A DNA stretch of 64,000 nt, taken from Candidatus Bathyarchaeota archaeon (lineage in GTDB: Archaea > Thermoproteota > Bathyarchaeia > Bathyarchaeales > DTEX01). Shown piece by piece: positions 42,187 to 52,679 of this stretch (positions within the stretch are counted from its first letter, which is position 1; the number at the start of each line of letters is the position of its first letter). The stretch spans positions 448,001 to 512,000 of the forward strand of contig CAVQNT010000002.1 in the NCBI GenBank assembly GCA_963714275.1. The letters are read 5' to 3'. The notes under the pieces are model-generated. The model saw nothing but the letters and a program-made list of their open reading frames with translations. It made no database searches and was not told the DNA's origin. Position numbers and translations under genes: made by a program.

Positions 42187-43483
42187 TTATTCGTACCTCA
42201 ATGCTTCGACGGGTTTGAGTTTTGATGCTCGCCAAGCAGGATACAAGCCGAAAAGAACGCTCGTAGCAACCCCGAAAACTAACGCGCCTACGAGAACTGT
42301 AGGAGTTAAAACCGGGGTTATGCTGAAAATTGCTCCAGTTCCTTGACCGTTCAATTGACTGTTTCCCCCTCCACCCAGTAGGGCTAGACCGAATCTTGAA
42401 ACGAAGTTTGATAACCCAAATCCAAAGCCTATGCCAATCACTGCGCCTAATATACCAACCAAAGCAGCTTCGCAGAGAAATATCACCAGAACTGTCCGGT
42501 TCTTCATACCTAATGACTTTAGGATCCCAATTTCTCTGGTACGCTCCATTACTGAAACGATCATGATGTTCATTATGCCTATTCCTGCAACCAGTAACGA
42601 AATCCCAGCTAATCCAGTGAGTAAAAGTTGAACCGTTGAGAGTATACTGGAGAAGGTATTCAACAATGCTGCAGGGGACATAACTGTTACCTTATTGTCA
42701 AATAAAGTTTCTGTATCTGCAGTCACTGAGTCTATAGTTGTCTGCTCGCTGTTAACAAGTTGAATCATAATTTGGTTAACTTGGTCAGTTTCGAAAATTG
42801 TCTGGGCTGTTGATATCGGGATGTAAACTTGAGTGTCCGAGGGTCCGCTTATACTAAACCCCCCGATTTCTTTAAGAACACTCACAACATGAAACACGTA
42901 ACTCTTTGTTACTGGTTTAGTAATAGATCCAGTGGTCCAAGTCACATTAATGTAGTCGCCTACTTCAGCGAAAATGGTTCCATTCTTCCAAGGATCAGCT
43001 ATCCTAGCACCTAAAATTATGGTGTCGTTTGCCAGGTTAAGTGGTATTGACCCGCTTTCCGCGAGAAACGATGTGCTGTAGAGCTCTGAATATTCAGTGA
43101 AATTGATGCCTACAGCGGAAACTGTTAATGTTTTTCCACCTGAAGAAAGGCCTATGGCTTTTGATGTTATGGCTGTGGACAGTTTGACACCTGTTATCCC
43201 GTTGATCGCATACGAGTCATTCAAGGTTAAGTATTCATCTGAAGATCCTCCGCCACCACCTAGTCCAAACCCGATTCCTCGACCTGCTGTCACTGTTAAG
43301 ACATCCAAAGCGAAACCGCGTTCAAACTGGCTAGTTATCACGACCCTGAAGCCTTCGCCGAGTGAGAGGAGAGCAACAATAGATGCGATGCCGATAACTA
43401 TCCCTAATGTAGTAAGGGCAGCTCTTCAGCTTCCGCAGTCTAATGCCGCCCCAAGCATAAGAGAAAATATCCAGAATGTTCAT
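42187..43483 (-). CDS. MacB/FtsX-family ABC permease (frameshifted at 5' end)
   Basis: GIGIMNIMIVSVMERTREIGILK, YPAWRASKLKPVEALRYE. Confidence 0.85.
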
Positions 43484-43515
43484 TTCAGTCACTTTCTCCT
43501 TTGTTGCTTGTTTCT

Positions 43516-44181
43516 TCAATTCTGCCGTCTAGAAGACGAATAATATGTTTGGCATGTTTCAGCTATGTTTTGGTCGTGTGTGATCATGATGATTGTGACT
43601 CCTCTTTCCTCGTTCAGACTTTTGAGTAAAACAATCAACATGTCTGCTGTTTTTGAGTCGATGTTTCCAGTCGGTTCATCTAACAAGAGAAACCGAGGAC
43701 TATTCGCGAGAGCTCTTGCAATGGCTACCCTTTGCTGTTCTCCCCCGCTTAGCTCAGTCGGGTTATGTTCAGCACGTTCACCTAGGCCAACAGATTTTAA
43801 AAGCTCCTTGGTCTTTTCTTTTCTTTCTCGCCTGTCAACTCCTGCTATGGCTAAAGGAAGCTCCACGTTCTCGCTAGAGGTGAGCCTCGGAATCAAGTTG
43901 AAGAATTGAAACACAAAGCCTATATGCCGTCTTAACTCCGCAATTTGATCGTCATTTAAAGCTGAAACGTCCACTCCGTCAATCAGCACTTTTCCCTCCG
44001 TCGGCTTGTCGAGGGCACCGATCATGTTCAGAAGGGTTGACTTACCAGATCCTGAAGGACCGACAATTGCGAGGAAATCGCCACTGTCAATATTCAAGTT
44101 CACACTGCGCAGGGCGTTGACCGGAACCTTACCAAGCATGTAAGTTTTCTTCAGGTTAATTGTCTGAACAATCGTTGCCAT
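43516..44181 (-). CDS. ABC ATP-binding protein (LolD/MacB type)
   Basis: GPSGSGKST, GFVFQFFNL, LSGGEQQR, DEPTGN. Confidence 0.9.
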   Translation of the reverse strand: MATIVQTINLKKTYMLGKVPVNALRSVNLNIDSGDFLAIVGPSGSGKSTLLNMIGALDKPTEGKVLIDGVDVSALNDDQIAELRRHIGFVFQFFNLIPRLTSSENVELPLAIAGVDRRERKEKTKELLKSVGLGERAEHNPTELSGGEQQRVAIARALANSPRFLLLDEPTGNIDSKTADMLIVLLKSLNEERGVTIIMITHDQNIAETCQTYYSSSRRQN

Positions 44182-44212
44182 GTCAGGTCACACATTTTCT
44201 TGTCTAAAGCTA

Positions 44213-45169
44213 TCACTTGGTCAGGTATCTCCATGAGAGTGCTATCCCAATGAATGAGACCACAACTGCGAAGATGCTCAGAAAGGTTAAGTCAAACATC
44301 AATAATGAAACATCCAATGGAAGAATTATGAGTTGCCTAAGGGCATCTGTCAAGTAGCTTATTGGGTTTGCATGTGCTATTACCTGAATCCAATCCGGCA
44401 TCATGGATATTGGGAAGAAGGTGTTGCTTGCAAACATCAGTGGCAGGTTAATTAGGTTCACGATTGCCATTTGTGTTTCCTGTCTGGTTGACCTCAAAGC
44501 AAGCGCTAAGAACACTGAAGATAGTCCAACGCAAAGTAGGAATATTGCAGCATATACGCCTAGTATGTTAAGCGGATTGAAGGTTGAGCTGACTTGCAAA
44601 CCGAATATTACTGCGAGTATGAGGATTATTGTAGCTTGGAACATTGCCCTTAAAGCTGCGTTGAGAACCTTTGAGAATATTATTGCTCCTCTAGATACGG
44701 GGGTGCTAAGAACCTTATTCAGAAATCCTAAACGTCTATCCCAGACAATAGACATACCACTGAACATCGTTGTAAACATCACAATAAAAGATATCATGCC
44801 GACGGACATGTAGCTGAAGTAATCCTTGACGCCGAAGATGTTTTGCATCGCATTTGGGCCAATGTTAGCGAGTATCCCTTGGAACATTGCTGAAAGCTGA
44901 CTGCCAGGAATAGTTATGTACCCAACTACTGCAGGTGTGGCATAACTACCGGGTAAAGTAAGGTTGGGTATGTTTATGTTGCCAAAGTTGCCACTTGAGA
45001 ACATATTACCTATGTTCATCGCTTTTCCGAATAGTCCCATCCATAGTACTGGCTGAAGTATTGCCATTAAAAGAATTATGGGTTCTTTTAACCATTTTTT
45101 TAGCTCTCGTTTAGTTAAAGCCCAGATGCCATGAAATTTGCTTGGATGATACTCATTTATCTTGCTCAT
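44213..45169 (-). CDS. ABC-2 type permease
   Basis: QPVLW, WDRRLGFL, FASNTFFP, NPISY. Confidence 0.85.
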   Translation of the reverse strand: MSKINEYHPSKFHGIWALTKRELKKWLKEPIILLMAILQPVLWMGLFGKAMNIGNMFSSGNFGNINIPNLTLPGSYATPAVVGYITIPGSQLSAMFQGILANIGPNAMQNIFGVKDYFSYMSVGMISFIVMFTTMFSGMSIVWDRRLGFLNKVLSTPVSRGAIIFSKVLNAALRAMFQATIILILAVIFGLQVSSTFNPLNILGVYAAIFLLCVGLSSVFLALALRSTRQETQMAIVNLINLPLMFASNTFFPISMMPDWIQVIAHANPISYLTDALRQLIILPLDVSLLMFDLTFLSIFAVVVSFIGIALSWRYLTK

Positions 45170-46170
45170 CTTGCCCTTGCCCTCCCCATGGTTATCCTTT
45201 GTGCTCTAAAAGCCTCCTTAGACTCTTCTGTGTCACGTATGGATTTGCCTGTGAATTCTAGGTAGACCTCGTTCAGAGTAGGTTCTGTAAGCATAAGTTT
45301 CGTCACAGTGTAACCTTTTCTCCTTAAAGTTTCAATTACTAAGGGCGCTGTTACTTCTCCATTCTCTACCTTGATTCGATACGAGCCATCTTCCTTCTTG
45401 ACCTCCTTTACATTCTTTACAGAGCGAATAAGTTCAGTCACATTAGAATCATCCTTAATGTTTAAGGTAATAATGTCGCCACCTAAGCTATGCTTCAGAT
45501 CTTCAGGTGTGCCAACCACAACTATTTTTCCATGATCAATTATTGCAATACGGTCACAAAGTGAATCCGCTTCTTCAAGATAGTGCGTAGTCATGAAAAG
45601 TGTCATACCGTATTCCTTCTTCAATTTCCTGATATAGTCCCAAGTTGCAGTTCTAGTTTGAACATCTAAGCCCAACGTGGGCTCATCAAGAAAAAGAACT
45701 TTAGGCCTGTTTATCAGTCCGCATGCTAGCTCAAGCCTACGACGCATTCCACCAGAGTAGGTTTCAACATTCTTGTCCTTAAAATCGGTTAGCTCAACAA
45801 GTTTTAGCAAATCCTCAGAACGCTCTTTTGCAACATCATGTGGAATTCCGTATAAATCAGCACATAAAATGATGTTTTCCAAACCAGTCAAATCTTCATC
45901 AGCAGTGTACTCCTGTGGAACAACACCAATCACCTTCCTAACATCATCGTGTTGCTTGGAAATGTCGAAGCCTAAGACAGAAGCCGTGCCTTCAGTAGGC
46001 TTCAATAATGTAATTAACATATTTATCGTTGTAGTTTTCCCAGCACCATTTGGACCAAGAAAGCCAAAAATTTCACCATTTTTCAAGCTAAAGTCTATAT
46101 GATCTACTGCAATCAAATGCTTGTTAAAGACTTTCGTCAGTCCCTTGGCTGTAATTATATCATCACTCAT
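45166..46170 (-). CDS. DrrA-family ABC ATP-binding protein
   Basis: GPNGAGKT, YSGGMRRR, LDEPT, C-terminal PTLNEVY. Confidence 0.9.
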   Translation of the reverse strand: MSDDIITAKGLTKVFNKHLIAVDHIDFSLKNGEIFGFLGPNGAGKTTTINMLITLLKPTEGTASVLGFDISKQHDDVRKVIGVVPQEYTADEDLTGLENIILCADLYGIPHDVAKERSEDLLKLVELTDFKDKNVETYSGGMRRRLELACGLINRPKVLFLDEPTLGLDVQTRTATWDYIRKLKKEYGMTLFMTTHYLEEADSLCDRIAIIDHGKIVVVGTPEDLKHSLGGDIITLNIKDDSNVTELIRSVKNVKEVKKEDGSYRIKVENGEVTAPLVIETLRRKGYTVTKLMLTEPTLNEVYLEFTGKSIRDTEESKEAFRAQRITMGRARAR

Positions 46171-46717
46171 CTTTTGACTCCCCTAATTTCCGGTTTATGT
46201 CCTCAAGTTTTTCTGCTGTCTCATCTAGAACCTTGCAAGCTTGATTCAGGGCTTCCTCAGAGAATTTTTCTTCCAAACTGCCTCCAATCTCGAAAAATGC
46301 TGACATCAACCTGCGCATCGTTTCTCTGATCTCAACCGTTTTTTCTGGAGGTATTTTGAACCATAATGCTCCTAGAAAAGGAGGAGTGAAAAGTTTTGCT
46401 TCTTTCCTGAATCTTGTCCTAATTTTTTTCTGCTCCTCAAGAAGATTCTTACCATTTTGTGTGAGCTGATAACGTTTGAGTCCATTCAGATCAGTTGGCA
46501 ACTCCTCCACATAATTGTTATCCTGCAACCAAGCTAAGAGCGGATAAACTGAACCTGGACTCGGTTTCCAATGTCCATTTGTCCTCTTCTCTATTTCATC
46601 CATTATCTCTGACCCAGACATCGGCTTCTCGCCTAAGGACTCAAGAACATGATAACGTATGAAACCTTTAGGTACCATTGCTGTATGTCTCATCCAGTGT
46701 CTTCCATGCTCAGCCAT
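46163..46717 (-). CDS. PadR-family transcriptional regulator
   Basis: PMSGSEI, WKPSPGSVYPLL, RYQLTQNG. Confidence 0.9.
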   Translation of the reverse strand: MAEHGRHWMRHTAMVPKGFIRYHVLESLGEKPMSGSEIMDEIEKRTNGHWKPSPGSVYPLLAWLQDNNYVEELPTDLNGLKRYQLTQNGKNLLEEQKKIRTRFRKEAKLFTPPFLGALWFKIPPEKTVEIRETMRRLMSAFFEIGGSLEEKFSEEALNQACKVLDETAEKLEDINRKLGESKDE

Positions 46718-46721
46718 TTTT

Positions 46722-46761
46722 ATATCACCATTGATATCGCCATTGATTTCAATAGTGATAT
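46722..46761. promoter_or_regulatory. Triple 13-bp box (two direct, one inverted), putative PadR operator
   Basis: ATATCACCATTGA / ATATCGCCATTGA / inverted TCAATAGTGATAT, adjoining TATA TTTAAATA. Confidence 0.65.
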
Positions 46762-46944
46762 TTAAACATAATGGAATCATCCCCTAAATCATACATTATT
46801 AGTCGAGTTAAAAAAAAACAATTTCTCATCATAAACGCATAAGTAATGCCACTTTTTATCATGATGTAGGATGAGATTCGTGCAAATCTACGTTTAATTC
46901 CACGCATTCATGAATCTTGAAGATCTTACGTAAATTATGTCTTT

Positions 46945-47322
46945 TTACTCGTTATGTCGGGGCTTACCATTGAATTTTGTTAAGTCAATTATCGGTAGTT
47001 CATTTCCGTCAGGATTTGCCAAAATCGCGAATTTTCCACATCTTACTTTAAAAGGCTCTAAGACCACCCAATACCCTTTCTTTTTATATTCATCACAAAA
47101 TATTTGAACATTTTTACTAGAAAACTGAATGAAGGATTTGGTAAACTTGAATCATCGTGGACTACTATCTCAGAATCTCCTTCTGGAAAAACGAAACCTA
47201 TCATCCCCAATTTTTTCAGTCCAAACACGCTTTAAACCCAGAACATTCTCATAAAACTCAGCTGCCTTTTCAAGGTCCACAAAAAAACATAATATTGTCA
47301 ATCTAAAGCAATGCATCCACAT
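46945..47322 (-). pseudogene. VOC/glyoxalase-family pseudogene
   Basis: Across frames: DLEKAAEFYENVLGLKRVW...NPSFSFLV...EPFKVRCGKFAILANPDGNELPIID; several shifts and an in-frame stop. Confidence 0.7.
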
Positions 47323-47372
47323 GTTTCACCTTTTTTTGTCATATAATATCCAAAAACATTAATTTAAAAAAG

Positions 47373-47457
47373 TGCGGGAGGTGGGATTTGAACCCACGAA
47401 CCCCTTCGGGACAGGCGCCTCAGGCCTGCGCCTTTGACCTGGCTTGGCAACCCCCGC
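47373..47457 (-). tRNA. tRNA-Leu (GAG)
   Basis: GCGGGGG acceptor stem, anticodon stem CAGGC/GCCTG with loop CTGAGGC, long variable arm, GTTCAAATCC T-loop. Confidence 0.95.
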
Positions 47458-47597
47458 ATGAGTTGAGCATATTTAACGGTGTATCCTTAATTAAGTTTTT
47501 TTGGAATCAAGTCCAAGGTTTTTCTCAACCAATAAATACTTGTAGGCTACCAATCATAAACGAAACCTGTCGCCAGAAACAGAGAGGCAACAAACGA

Positions 47598-48584
47598 ATG
47601 TTCAATGAACTGGTAATCTTTGCCCTCGGATTAGCCTCTTCCTTCGCAACGATGCCGTTGGTCATAAAAAAGATGAAGGAGAAACAGATTGGCGGACCCG
47701 ACATACACAAGAAGGATCGTCCATTCGTTCCAGAAATGGGCGGCTTAGCAGTCTTAGCAGGCACAACCGTAAGCGTTGTAGCGGTAGTAATGCTTTTACC
47801 AGAAATGTTTGGTGTCGCAGCGAGTTTTCTCGGTTCCACCCTTATTGCGGGTCTTATTGGGGCGATTGATGATTTTAAATCTTTGAATGCGAAGGTTAAG
47901 CCCCTCCTTACATTGTTCGCTGGCTTGCCCATACTTGTTTTGCACACTTACAATCCCATGGGCTTAGTTTTCCCCATAATTGGACAAACGCGGATGACGA
48001 TGGTTTACCCGTTTCTCATTCCCATCGCTATCGCTGTAACCTCGAACGCCGTAAACATGATGGACCCATTCAACGGAACAATGTCTGGACCATGCGCCTT
48101 GATAACCGTCTTTATGTTGCTGTCGGCGCTTCTTCTCGGACGAAGCGAAGCCTTGATCCTGTGCCTTTGCCTGCTTGGACCGTTGCTGGTGCTTTTCTAC
48201 TTTAACAAATTCCCCTCAAGAGTCTTTTCTGGCGACGTTGGCAGCCTCAGCATCGGCGCAGCGTTAGGAGCCATCGCCGTGATTGGTAGACTCGAAGTAG
48301 TAGCCGTGGTTGCCTTCGCTCCCCAAATAATGAACGCCTTCTACGGGCTTTCCTCCATGGGCAGACTTTACGAAAGACGAGAGGTTTCACGCCCCGTCGC
48401 CATTCTCGAAGATGGAAGACTGATGGCGACCAAAGACCTAAAAGCACCGATAACTCTTGCTCGAGTAATCCTTGCCAGAGGTCCTCTATTCGAAAATGAG
48501 GCTGCGAAGATATTCTTTGTTTTAGCTGCAATATCAGGAATCTTAGCTTTGGCAACTGCATATTTGATTATGGTGACACCATGA
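47598..48584 (+). CDS. UDP-GlcNAc:dolichyl-phosphate GlcNAc-1-P transferase (AglH/MraY family)
   Basis: DIHK, PEMGG, IDD, NAVNMMD, FSGDVG. Confidence 0.85.
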   Translation: MFNELVIFALGLASSFATMPLVIKKMKEKQIGGPDIHKKDRPFVPEMGGLAVLAGTTVSVVAVVMLLPEMFGVAASFLGSTLIAGLIGAIDDFKSLNAKVKPLLTLFAGLPILVLHTYNPMGLVFPIIGQTRMTMVYPFLIPIAIAVTSNAVNMMDPFNGTMSGPCALITVFMLLSALLLGRSEALILCLCLLGPLLVLFYFNKFPSRVFSGDVGSLSIGAALGAIAVIGRLEVVAVVAFAPQIMNAFYGLSSMGRLYERREVSRPVAILEDGRLMATKDLKAPITLARVILARGPLFENEAAKIFFVLAAISGILALATAYLIMVTP

Positions 48585-48817
48585 TTCGCAGGATCCTCGA
48601 TTTTGTCTTCATCCTTCTCTTTGTTTGGGCATGCATGATACTAGGATTGGTGGTGATCGACCGGGTGATCGTGCCCATGCAGCTTCCCGGAATCACGGAC
48701 ATTTTCTTAACAGGCATACTAAAAGTCGGCGTCAGCGCGAGTTTGGTTCTGTTTTGGCTGTGGCTTTGGAGAGAAATCGTGAAAAAAATGTTCTGGCACG
48801 CAATGAAGGAACAATAA
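48581..48817 (+). CDS. Small 2-TM membrane protein
   Basis: ATGA overlap with the previous gene, GGTGA SD, two hydrophobic helices. Confidence 0.65.
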   Translation: MIRRILDFVFILLFVWACMILGLVVIDRVIVPMQLPGITDIFLTGILKVGVSASLVLFWLWLWREIVKKMFWHAMKEQ

Positions 48818-48862
48818 AGCTATATGAACAACTTGCTTGCTAGCTGACTAAAGTGGTAGACA

Positions 48863-49930
48863 ATGAAAATCGCCATTGACATTCTAACCCCGAAACAGTG
48901 CATGTTCTTTTCAAAGCTCTCTGAAAAACTTGAAAGCAGAGGTCACAAAGTTTTAAGGACAACCCGAAAATACCGCGAAGTAAACCAACTGCTGACATTA
49001 AAAGGAATGGATGCCAAGGTCGTCGGAGAACACGGCGGAGGAAATCTAGCTGACAAGCTAAAAGCTAGCGCACAAAGAATTTTCGAATTAACCACCATAA
49101 TGAACGAGTTCAAGCCTGACGTGGCTATCTCGTTTTCGTCTCCAGAAATGGCTCGAACCGCATATGGACTAGGAATCCCTCATGCCTGTATCAACGATTC
49201 TCCCCATGCGGAGGCAGTTGCTAGACTAACAGTTCCGCTTTCCACGAAGCTCCTAACACCGAAAATAATCCCCAAAAAGGCTTGGACAAAATACGGAATA
49301 TCCCCAGATAAAATCGTTCAGTACAACGCCTTGGACCCTTGGGTATGGCTTAAGGACTTTAAGCCTGACCATCGAATCATTGGTCAACTCAGGCTGGATC
49401 AGTCAAAACCGATAGTAACTTTTAGAACCGAGGAGACTTTCGCCTCATACCTTTTAGGCAGAAGTCCAGCTGGGTCAACAATCATACCGCTAATAAAACA
49501 GATCCTGAAAAAAAGGAGCGACATTCAGGTTGTTGCTGTTCCAAGATACGAAGAACAGAAGAAAACCTTTCTGGAAGTCTTTGGAGATACGATAACTATT
49601 TGTGAATCTGTTGTTGATGGTTCAAGTCTTCTATCTTATTCCTCATTATTTGTTGGCGGAGGAGGAACCATGACCACAGAGTCCACACTGTTAGGTGTCC
49701 CAACTTTCTCCTGCTATCCGGGTGAACCCTTCGTGATGTTGAAATATCTCGTTAAAAACAAATTAGTTTCACTTGAAAGAAACCCCGTTAAACTATTAAA
49801 AAAAATTCTATTAACATTAAACAATCTGGAGACCGTTAGAAAAACGCAATCTGAAAGAATTCAAAGGCTGGTTAAGGATTTCGAGGATCCAATAGAGGTA
49901 ATCGTAAAAGAAGTTGAAAAGTTGGATTAA
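48863..49930 (+). CDS. DUF354 family (GT-B-like) protein
   Basis: IDILTPKQ, VGEHGG, NDSPH, GGGGTMTTE. Confidence 0.85.
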   Translation: MKIAIDILTPKQCMFFSKLSEKLESRGHKVLRTTRKYREVNQLLTLKGMDAKVVGEHGGGNLADKLKASAQRIFELTTIMNEFKPDVAISFSSPEMARTAYGLGIPHACINDSPHAEAVARLTVPLSTKLLTPKIIPKKAWTKYGISPDKIVQYNALDPWVWLKDFKPDHRIIGQLRLDQSKPIVTFRTEETFASYLLGRSPAGSTIIPLIKQILKKRSDIQVVAVPRYEEQKKTFLEVFGDTITICESVVDGSSLLSYSSLFVGGGGTMTTESTLLGVPTFSCYPGEPFVMLKYLVKNKLVSLERNPVKLLKKILLTLNNLETVRKTQSERIQRLVKDFEDPIEVIVKEVEKLD

Positions 49931-50031
49931 CGCCTCCAATTAGGCTTCGTTAACCTTAAAATACCCAGACAAATAGAATATTGTTTTACCCTTCAAGCAA
50001 CCTGAATAACCAACCTATTTGGTGGAATTAA

Positions 50032-51402
50032 ATGACGGATGCAATGATGCTCAAGGAAAAAGGCTTAGCGGATCCCAATGAACGCGGAAACTACGTTGTA
50101 ACAGTGGTCGGATGCGGAAGGATGGGATTACCCACAACATGTTTGTTTTCTGACGCAGGATTCAAGGTCACATGCCTGGACACTGATCCATATGTCGTAA
50201 GTCAGATTAACAAAGGAATCAGCCCTTTTGTTGAGCAGGGACTAAGCCAGCTGCTAAAAAAGAACTTAAAAGAAGGACGCATCTCAGCAACGACGGACCC
50301 GAAAGACGCGGTTGCGAAAAGCAGCATCATAATCTTGACTGTTGATACGCCTCTTGACGAAAAAAAACAGCCTGACTATTCAAGCTTGGAAGGTTCATGC
50401 AGAAATGTCGGGTTGAACATGAAACGTGGAACGTTGTTAATAGTTGGGTGCACAGTCGGTCCTTCTGTGACTGAAACTTTGGTTAAAGAAACCTTGGAAG
50501 CGTCTTCTGGACTAAAAGCAGGCGTAGATTTCGACTTAGCCTACAGTCCAATTCGGGCAACCGTTGGCAAGACAATTGAAGACATGATCAAATATCCCAG
50601 AATCTTGGCGGGTATTGACAAGCAAAGCCTGACAGCAGCAAAAGCGGTGCTTAAAACAATCACAAAGGGCGAAATAATTGAAATTTCCAATTTTAGAACA
50701 GCTGAAGCTATCAAGCTTTTTGAGAACATTTACCGTTATGTCAACATCTCCTTAGCCAATGAGTTTGCACAGTTTTGCGAATCAGCGGGAATAAACTATT
50801 TCCAATCTATGAAGGCAGCCAACACGCAACCATTCTGCCATTTGCTCAAACCAGGAATCGTTGGCGGAAACATCCCTAAAGATCCGTTTCTGCTGCTTAG
50901 TGAGGCTGAAGATTTGGGCTTAAAATTAAAGATGACCACATTGGCTAGAAAAATAAATGACGATATGTTGAAACATGCTTACATATTGGTTAAAGATACC
51001 CTTCGCCACTGCGATAAGCCTGTAAGAAGGTCACGCGTCGTAGTGTTAGGAGCGTCATATCGTCCCAATGTGAAAGAAACCAGAGGGTCACTTGTACCGG
51101 AGCTAGTTAAACTCCTGAAAAGGATGGGCGCTCGGGTCAGCGTCTTCGATCCCTATTTCACATATAAGGAACTACGAGATTTAGGATATACGACTGAACC
51201 AACTTTAGAAAAATTGGTTGAAGGTGCAGATTGTTTGCTCATCGCCATAGGACATAACAAATTCAAACGTTTAACATTAGGAAAAATCGGCGTGCTCATG
51301 AAGAAACCTTCTGCCCTTGTGGACTTGGCTCACGTAATCAGCCCTTCAAAAGCAATGAGTGAAGGCTTTGTTTACCGCAGTCTAGGAATAGGAGCGTCTT
51401 AA
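50032..51402 (+). CDS. Nucleotide-sugar dehydrogenase (WecC/Ugd family), catalytic Cys absent
   Basis: GCGRMGLP, AEAIKLFEN, GASYRPNV; GGNIPKD instead of GGHCxPKD. Confidence 0.85.
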   Translation: MTDAMMLKEKGLADPNERGNYVVTVVGCGRMGLPTTCLFSDAGFKVTCLDTDPYVVSQINKGISPFVEQGLSQLLKKNLKEGRISATTDPKDAVAKSSIIILTVDTPLDEKKQPDYSSLEGSCRNVGLNMKRGTLLIVGCTVGPSVTETLVKETLEASSGLKAGVDFDLAYSPIRATVGKTIEDMIKYPRILAGIDKQSLTAAKAVLKTITKGEIIEISNFRTAEAIKLFENIYRYVNISLANEFAQFCESAGINYFQSMKAANTQPFCHLLKPGIVGGNIPKDPFLLLSEAEDLGLKLKMTTLARKINDDMLKHAYILVKDTLRHCDKPVRRSRVVVLGASYRPNVKETRGSLVPELVKLLKRMGARVSVFDPYFTYKELRDLGYTTEPTLEKLVEGADCLLIAIGHNKFKRLTLGKIGVLMKKPSALVDLAHVISPSKAMSEGFVYRSLGIGAS

Positions 51403-51403
51403 A

Positions 51404-52354
51404 ATGAAAAAACTGAAAATTGCAGTTGTTGGAGTAGGGTTCTGGGGAAGAAACCACGTAAGGGTTCTCAGCGAGTTGCCTGATGTCGAATTGGTGGCAG
51501 TTTGCGACGTAGACCAGCAGAGAACAGCAACGGTCGCTGAGAAGTATGGGCTAAAAGCATACAATGACAGCGCCAAAATGTATGGGAAAGAGGAATTTGA
51601 CGCTGTAACCCTTTGCGTTTGGTCAACTCGGCTCTCTGAAGAAGCGTTGAAGGCTTTGAAGGCTCAAAAACATGTGTTTGTGGAAAAGCCTATGGCAAGA
51701 TCTTCAGTGGAGGCTCAGAGAATAATCAATATGGCTAAGGAAAAGAAGCTTCACTTGACAGTTGGATTCATCGAAAGGTTTAATCCTGCAGTGAGAAGGC
51801 TGAAGGAAGCGTTGGCAGAAGGGAAAATAGGGTCTCCTGTTTCAGTGACAGTAAGGCGAGTCACGAAGTGGCCTGAAAGAATAGGAGACGTTGGCGTTGT
51901 TAAGGACACAGCCATCCACGACATTGACATGGTGCGTTTCATCTTCGATGAGGATCCAATATCGGTTTACGCGAGGGCAGGTCACCTTAGGCACTCAAAA
52001 TTCGAGGACTACGCACAAATTATGCTGTCCTTCTCAAACGGGAAGTCAGCGTTCCTGGAAGCGAATTGGCTTACTCCATACAAAATCAGGAAACTCACGA
52101 TTACCGGAAGCGATGCCATAATCTCTTTGGACTACATCACGCAGGAGATGACTATTGAAACTCTCGGTCAAACCTTGACTCCACGATACGAGTTTGAGGA
52201 ACCACTGAAACTGGAGCTACAACACTTCGTTCAATGCGTTAAAAACAACAAAACGCCTTTAGTCTCAGGTCTGGACGGATTGAAAGCGCTAAAGATTGCC
52301 GAAGCAGCCCTAAAGTCCGCTAAAAATGGACACTTAATAAAGCTCAGATATTAA
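51404..52354 (+). CDS. Gfo/Idh/MocA oxidoreductase (UDP-GlcNAc(A) 3-dehydrogenase-like)
   Basis: GVGFWG, VEKP, VGFIERFNP, DTAIHDID. Confidence 0.85.
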   Translation: MKKLKIAVVGVGFWGRNHVRVLSELPDVELVAVCDVDQQRTATVAEKYGLKAYNDSAKMYGKEEFDAVTLCVWSTRLSEEALKALKAQKHVFVEKPMARSSVEAQRIINMAKEKKLHLTVGFIERFNPAVRRLKEALAEGKIGSPVSVTVRRVTKWPERIGDVGVVKDTAIHDIDMVRFIFDEDPISVYARAGHLRHSKFEDYAQIMLSFSNGKSAFLEANWLTPYKIRKLTITGSDAIISLDYITQEMTIETLGQTLTPRYEFEEPLKLELQHFVQCVKNNKTPLVSGLDGLKALKIAEAALKSAKNGHLIKLRY

Positions 52355-52405
52355 ATAAAACATCCAAAAACCCAATGGTTTATTTAGATTTTTTTGGTCG
52401 AAAAA

Positions 52406-52678
52406 TTAGTTTTTCAGGTTGCAAGGTTTTCCTTCAGTTAATATTTTTTGTGGGATTTTTTCTTTCCATTTTTGGAGGAAAGCCAGCTCGTCCTTTTCTT
52501 CCCGTAGCTCGTCAGGCAGCATTTCAGGTATCTCGTCCCGTATCGGGTACCAGCGGCTGCATTTGGGGCAGATGATCATGCCGTCAATTATTTCTTCCTT
52601 TTCTTCGAACACATGAAGCTCCAACGGATAATACTTGTCGATCGGGCAAGCCAGAATGTCCATCAACCTTCTTTTCAT
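52406..52678 (-). CDS. trm112: Trm112 methyltransferase activator
   Basis: MDILACP...CPKC RWYPIRDEIPEML. Confidence 0.9.
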   Translation of the reverse strand: MKRRLMDILACPIDKYYPLELHVFEEKEEIIDGMIICPKCSRWYPIRDEIPEMLPDELREEKDELAFLQKWKEKIPQKILTEGKPCNLKN

Positions 52679-52679
52679 T

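Noticed and set aside
46718-46780. INGD-INGD repeat in an extended PadR N-terminus
   Set aside because: It is a translation of the operator repeats upstream of the true ATG
32500-47457. Integrase-type island bounded by a tRNA-Leu att duplication
   Set aside because: No copy of the tRNA 3' end found by eye at the left border, and no integrase gene
47388-47597. N-terminal extension of the AglH/MraY ORF
   Set aside because: Overlaps tRNA-Leu on the opposite strand; real start is the ATG at 47598
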